Of a stretch of DNA of 64,000 nt, positions 60,960 to 64,000 are shown piece after piece. This stretch comes from an uncultured Gemmataceae bacterium (GTDB lineage Bacteria; Planctomycetota; Planctomycetia; Gemmatales; Gemmataceae): positions 1,856,001 to 1,920,000 of the forward strand of contig CAVVPN010000003.1 of assembly GCA_963750165.1 (NCBI GenBank), in the 5' to 3' direction. A program made the position numbers and the translations under genes. Each line of letters starts with the position of its first letter. The first letter of the stretch is position 1. Below the pieces are notes generated by a model. That model saw only the letters and a program-made list of their open reading frames with translations, did not search any database and was not told where the DNA came from.

Positions 60960-61628
60960 TTACTTCGGCAACTCAAACAGCTTGGCGTCGAGCTTTGGGT
61001 TGAGCGTGAAAGCGCTGTAGATCTCGGTGAAGGTGGCCCCGTCGTTGCCCTCGGCAGGGCGGAGGACGCGCTTGAGCGGCAGGTTCGTCTTCGCGTCCAG
61101 CCAGAGGGTGCCGATGGCCTTCTTGTCCTTGACGGTCAACTGGTACTGGACGACGGCGGCGTAGCGGCCGCCGACCTTCTCGGCCGGGAGCAACTTGAAG
61201 TCGCTGGCCTTGAGAGCGTCTTGCAGGTTCTCCTGGCCGGTGGTGAGCAGGAACACGCCAGCGACGATGCCGGTGCGGCCCGCGATGGCGTTGAGCTTGG
61301 CCCGAAAGTCCCTGGGCACGTCCTTGTTCTTCCAATTCAAGCCGGTCTCGCGAGTCGCCACCTTGTTCCCGTCGGACACCATCTCCAGTTTCGCCGTCTT
61401 GCCCGCGACATCGGCCTCCGCCGTCAGGCGGCCCTTGCCGCCGGCGCCGATGGTCAGCGTCCCCTTGACGGGGCCGCCCCCCTTGGCGGTTTCGATCTTG
61501 CCGTCGAAGGTGATTTGCAGCGTGTCCGCCTTGGCGATCTTCGCTTCCATCGCTTTGAAGCGCTTCTCGGCATCGGCACCTCCCTGGGCGGCCACGGTCA
61601 ACAGCAGCGGGATCAGCAGGAGTTTCAT
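60960..61628 (-). CDS. Secreted LolA-fold-like protein, array member 4
   Basis: MKLLLIPLLL...AEKRFKAMEAKI...WLDAKTNLPLKR...LDAKLFELPK. Confidence 0.8.
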   Translation of the reverse strand: MKLLLIPLLLTVAAQGGADAEKRFKAMEAKIAKADTLQITFDGKIETAKGGGPVKGTLTIGAGGKGRLTAEADVAGKTAKLEMVSDGNKVATRETGLNWKNKDVPRDFRAKLNAIAGRTGIVAGVFLLTTGQENLQDALKASDFKLLPAEKVGGRYAAVVQYQLTVKDKKAIGTLWLDAKTNLPLKRVLRPAEGNDGATFTEIYSAFTLNPKLDAKLFELPK

Positions 61629-62323
61629 TTGGGATCCTCTTTCGTCTTGGGCAGCTCGAACAGCCGGGCGTCCAGCTGCGGGTTGAGGCGCAAGTCGCTG
61701 TAGGTTTCCGTCACGGTGAAGCGCTGGTTGCCCATCTCGAACTGCAGGGCGCGCTTGAGCGGCAGGCCCGTGGCGGCGTCCAACCAGACGATGGCGGTGG
61801 CGGCCTGGTCGTTCTTGATGGCCAACTTGTACGCGATGACGGCGGCGTTGCGGCCATTGACCTGCTCGGCCGGCTTCGCCTTGAAGTCGCTCACCTTGAG
61901 TTCGTCGAGCGGGTTCTTCTGCTTGTCATTGAGGTTACCCAGCGTCAGCGCGCCGATGGTGATCCCCGTTCGCGACACCAGGCTGGTCAACATCTCCTGA
62001 AAAAACTTGGGGGTATCCTGAGCCGGGTTGTTCTGGCCGTCCGTGCGGTTCACCATCTTGGTGCCGTCGGACACCATTACGATCTTCATGTCCTTGCCAA
62101 AGAAGCTCGCGTCGGCCTCCAGACGGGCCTTGTTGGGAGCGCGCACGGTCAGGGTGCCCTTCATCGCGAAAGTAATCTGATCGTTCTTGAAGTCGCAGGC
62201 GAAGGTCACGCGCAGGGCGTCGGCCTTGCGGATCTTGTCCTCCATCGCCTTGAAGCGTTTTTCGGCGTCATCGCCCGCCTGGCCCAGCGCGGCCAGCACC
62301 ACGGGCAGCAGCAGCAGTTTCAT
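61625..62323 (-). CDS. Secreted LolA-fold-like protein, array member 3
   Basis: MKLLLLPVVLAALGQAGDDAEKRF...WLDAATGLPLKR...LFELPKTKEDPK. ATGA overlap with member 4. Confidence 0.8.
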   Translation of the reverse strand: MKLLLLPVVLAALGQAGDDAEKRFKAMEDKIRKADALRVTFACDFKNDQITFAMKGTLTVRAPNKARLEADASFFGKDMKIVMVSDGTKMVNRTDGQNNPAQDTPKFFQEMLTSLVSRTGITIGALTLGNLNDKQKNPLDELKVSDFKAKPAEQVNGRNAAVIAYKLAIKNDQAATAIVWLDAATGLPLKRALQFEMGNQRFTVTETYSDLRLNPQLDARLFELPKTKEDPK

Positions 62324-62343
62324 CGGCGTCCCCTTTCCCAGGG

Positions 62344-63012
62344 TTACTTGGGCAACTCGAACAGTTTGGCGTCCAGCTGCGGGTTGAGGGTAAAGTTGGT
62401 GTAGTTTTCCACGATAGTGCAACGTTGGCGGTTCTCTTCCCCGCGCAGGGTGCGCTTGAGCGGCAAGCCCGTCCCGGTGTCCACCCAGAGGGTGCAGGTG
62501 AGTACGTCCTTGTTCTGGTAGGTTAACTGGTACGCGATGACGGCGGTATCGCGGCCGCCGACCTGCTCGGGCTTGAGCAGCTTGAAACCGCTCACCTTGA
62601 ACTCGTCCCGCGGATCCCGCTTGTCGTCGGAGACACCGGCGGCCCCGATGCCGCCGGCCCCCAGCCGCGCCAGCAGGACCGTGAGCTGTTTCCCAGTATT
62701 CCTGGGGAGAGCGCGGGGGGCCTCACTCTTGCCGTCATTGCTGGCGACCAGCTTGGTCCCGTCGGACACCACCAGGAACTTCTCCGTCCGGCCCATGAGT
62801 TCGGTGGTCAGTTCAAACCGGGCCATGTCGCCGCGGAGGGTCAGCGTGCCCCTGGCCGAGCCGTTGCCCTTGCCGATTTCGATTTTGGCGTTGAAGGTCA
62901 CCTGCAAGGCGTCGGCCCTGGCGATCTTCGCTTCCAGCGCTCGGAAGTGCTTCTCGGCGTCGCCCGCCTGACCCAGCGCCGCCAGCAGCACGGGAATCAA
63001 TAACAGTTTCAT
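62344..63012 (-). CDS. Secreted LolA-fold-like protein, array member 2
   Basis: MKLLLIPVLLAALGQAGDAEKHF...WVDTGTGLPLKR...LDAKLFELPK. Has its own RBS AAGGGG. Confidence 0.8.
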   Translation of the reverse strand: MKLLLIPVLLAALGQAGDAEKHFRALEAKIARADALQVTFNAKIEIGKGNGSARGTLTLRGDMARFELTTELMGRTEKFLVVSDGTKLVASNDGKSEAPRALPRNTGKQLTVLLARLGAGGIGAAGVSDDKRDPRDEFKVSGFKLLKPEQVGGRDTAVIAYQLTYQNKDVLTCTLWVDTGTGLPLKRTLRGEENRQRCTIVENYTNFTLNPQLDAKLFELPK

Positions 63013-63031
63013 CGGCATCCCCTTCCCTGGG

Positions 63032-63717
63032 TCACTTCGGCAGTTGGAACGTCTTGGCGTCGAGCGTGGGGTTGAGGGTGAACGCGCTATACGTCTCGGT
63101 GATGGTGATGCGCTCGCCGCCGACCTCCGGCGCAGGACGTGCTTGAGCGGCAGGTTCGTCTGCGTGTCCACCCACACGGTGCAGTTCAAAGTGACCTTCT
63201 CGTCGCCCATGGTCATCTTGTAATCGATGGCCGTCGCCTGCCGGCCGCCGACCTTCTCGTCCTTGCCCTTCTTGAAGTCGCTCACCTTCACCGTCTTCAG
63301 CGGATCTTCCTTGTCGTCCTGCTTGCCCTGCCGCATCAGCGGCAGGCCGACGCCCGACCGCGCCAGCATCGCGGTGACGGCGTGGCGTACCATCTCCGTC
63401 GTCCTGGCCGGCTTGGCTGGCATGGCCTGACCGTTGACGGACACGGCCTCGTTGGTGCCGTCGGAGACGATTTGTATCTTCGTCACCTTGCCCTTGGTGT
63501 CCGCGTCCGCGACGATGCGGCGCTTGCCGGCGCCGCCGTAGGCCAGCGTGCCCTTGATCGTGGCGTTGGCCTTGGTGCTTTCGACCTTGCTGTCGAAGGT
63601 CACTTGCACGGTGTTCGCCTTGGCGATCTTCGCTTCCATCGCCTGGAAGCGTTTCTCGGCGTCGCCGCCCGCCTGACCGAGCGCGGCCAGCACCACCGGA
63701 ATTAACAGGAGCTTCAT
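63032..63717 (-). CDS. Secreted LolA-fold-like protein, array member 1; frameshift near 63130
   Basis: MKLLLIPVVLAALGQAGGDAEKRF...WVDTQTNLPLKH, then in the shifted frame EVGGERITITETYSAFTLNPTLDAKTFQLPK-TGA. Confidence 0.78.
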
Positions 63718-63741
63718 CGGAGTGCTACCTTTCGTAAAGGG

Positions 63742-63770
63742 TTACCTCGGCAGTTCAAACGTCTTCGGGG
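63742..63770 (-). pseudogene. Vestigial 3' tail of a further array member
   Basis: CCGAAGACGTTTGAACTGCCGAGGTAA = PKTFELPR*, followed by the array's usual stop-RBS-ATG junction, with no homologous upstream coding sequence. Confidence 0.6.
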
Positions 63771-64000
63771 CACGGTCACCAGAGGCACGAGCCTGGATCG
63801 TACCCGGCGCCGCTGTTGCCGCATAGTGAAAACGACGCGCGACCGCCGAAAGTTTTAGCGGGTGTCAAACCTTGCCAGCAGATGGTGCGCCCGGGTGGAG
63901 AAGGAGCGGGCCCCCGACAGGGAACAGGGGGGTGTGAAATGAAACGAGACGCAAGCCCTCCCTGGCACTCCATTCATTGTACCACAATGGCCGTCGGAAC

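Noticed and set aside
62344..63717. 457-aa two-domain fusion ORF
   Set aside because: A one-base shift restores the family tail and TGA at 63032, and member 2 has its own RBS and signal peptide.
63880..64000. Possible second riboswitch (GAGACGCAAGCC)
   Set aside because: It lacks the GGCAAACC and P2 GNRA elements, and the match is too short.

Overview
High-GC bacterial DNA, most likely a Planctomycete of the Gemmataceae type. This rests on the BBP7-like porin, DUF1559 prepilin protein, DUF4058, 'LEDRLTPS' extracellular motif and secreted WD40 proteins. Positions 1.8-16.4 kb hold a Tad/Flp (type IVc) pilus locus. It is headed by a c-di-GMP-I (GEMM-I) riboswitch and five tandem flp pilin genes, four of which encode an identical mature pilin. 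These are followed by cpaA, cpaB, cpaC, cpaE, cpaF, tadB, tadC, a lipoprotein, an AAA ATPase and a TPR protein. The rest of the window contains a CocE/NonD hydrolase, class III aminotransferase, sulfatase, a giant secretin, an RND adaptor, recJ, two DnaJ paralogs, rnpA, yidD and a ~2150-aa repeat-rich surface protein with SdrD-B/cohesin/dockerin-like modules. It also contains a hemP + two WD40 genes / DUF1559 divergon with Fur-box-like sites, an ABC exporter pair and a head-to-tail array of six secreted LolA-fold-like paralogs plus a vestigial seventh tail. Intergenic DNA is crowded with several families of palindromic elements (MITEs with nested GTAG-REP doublets, 7-/8-mer repeat hairpins). 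About ten single-base frameshifts in otherwise intact genes point to uncorrected sequencing indels rather than real pseudogenes. All family assignments come from motif recognition by eye; no database search was run.
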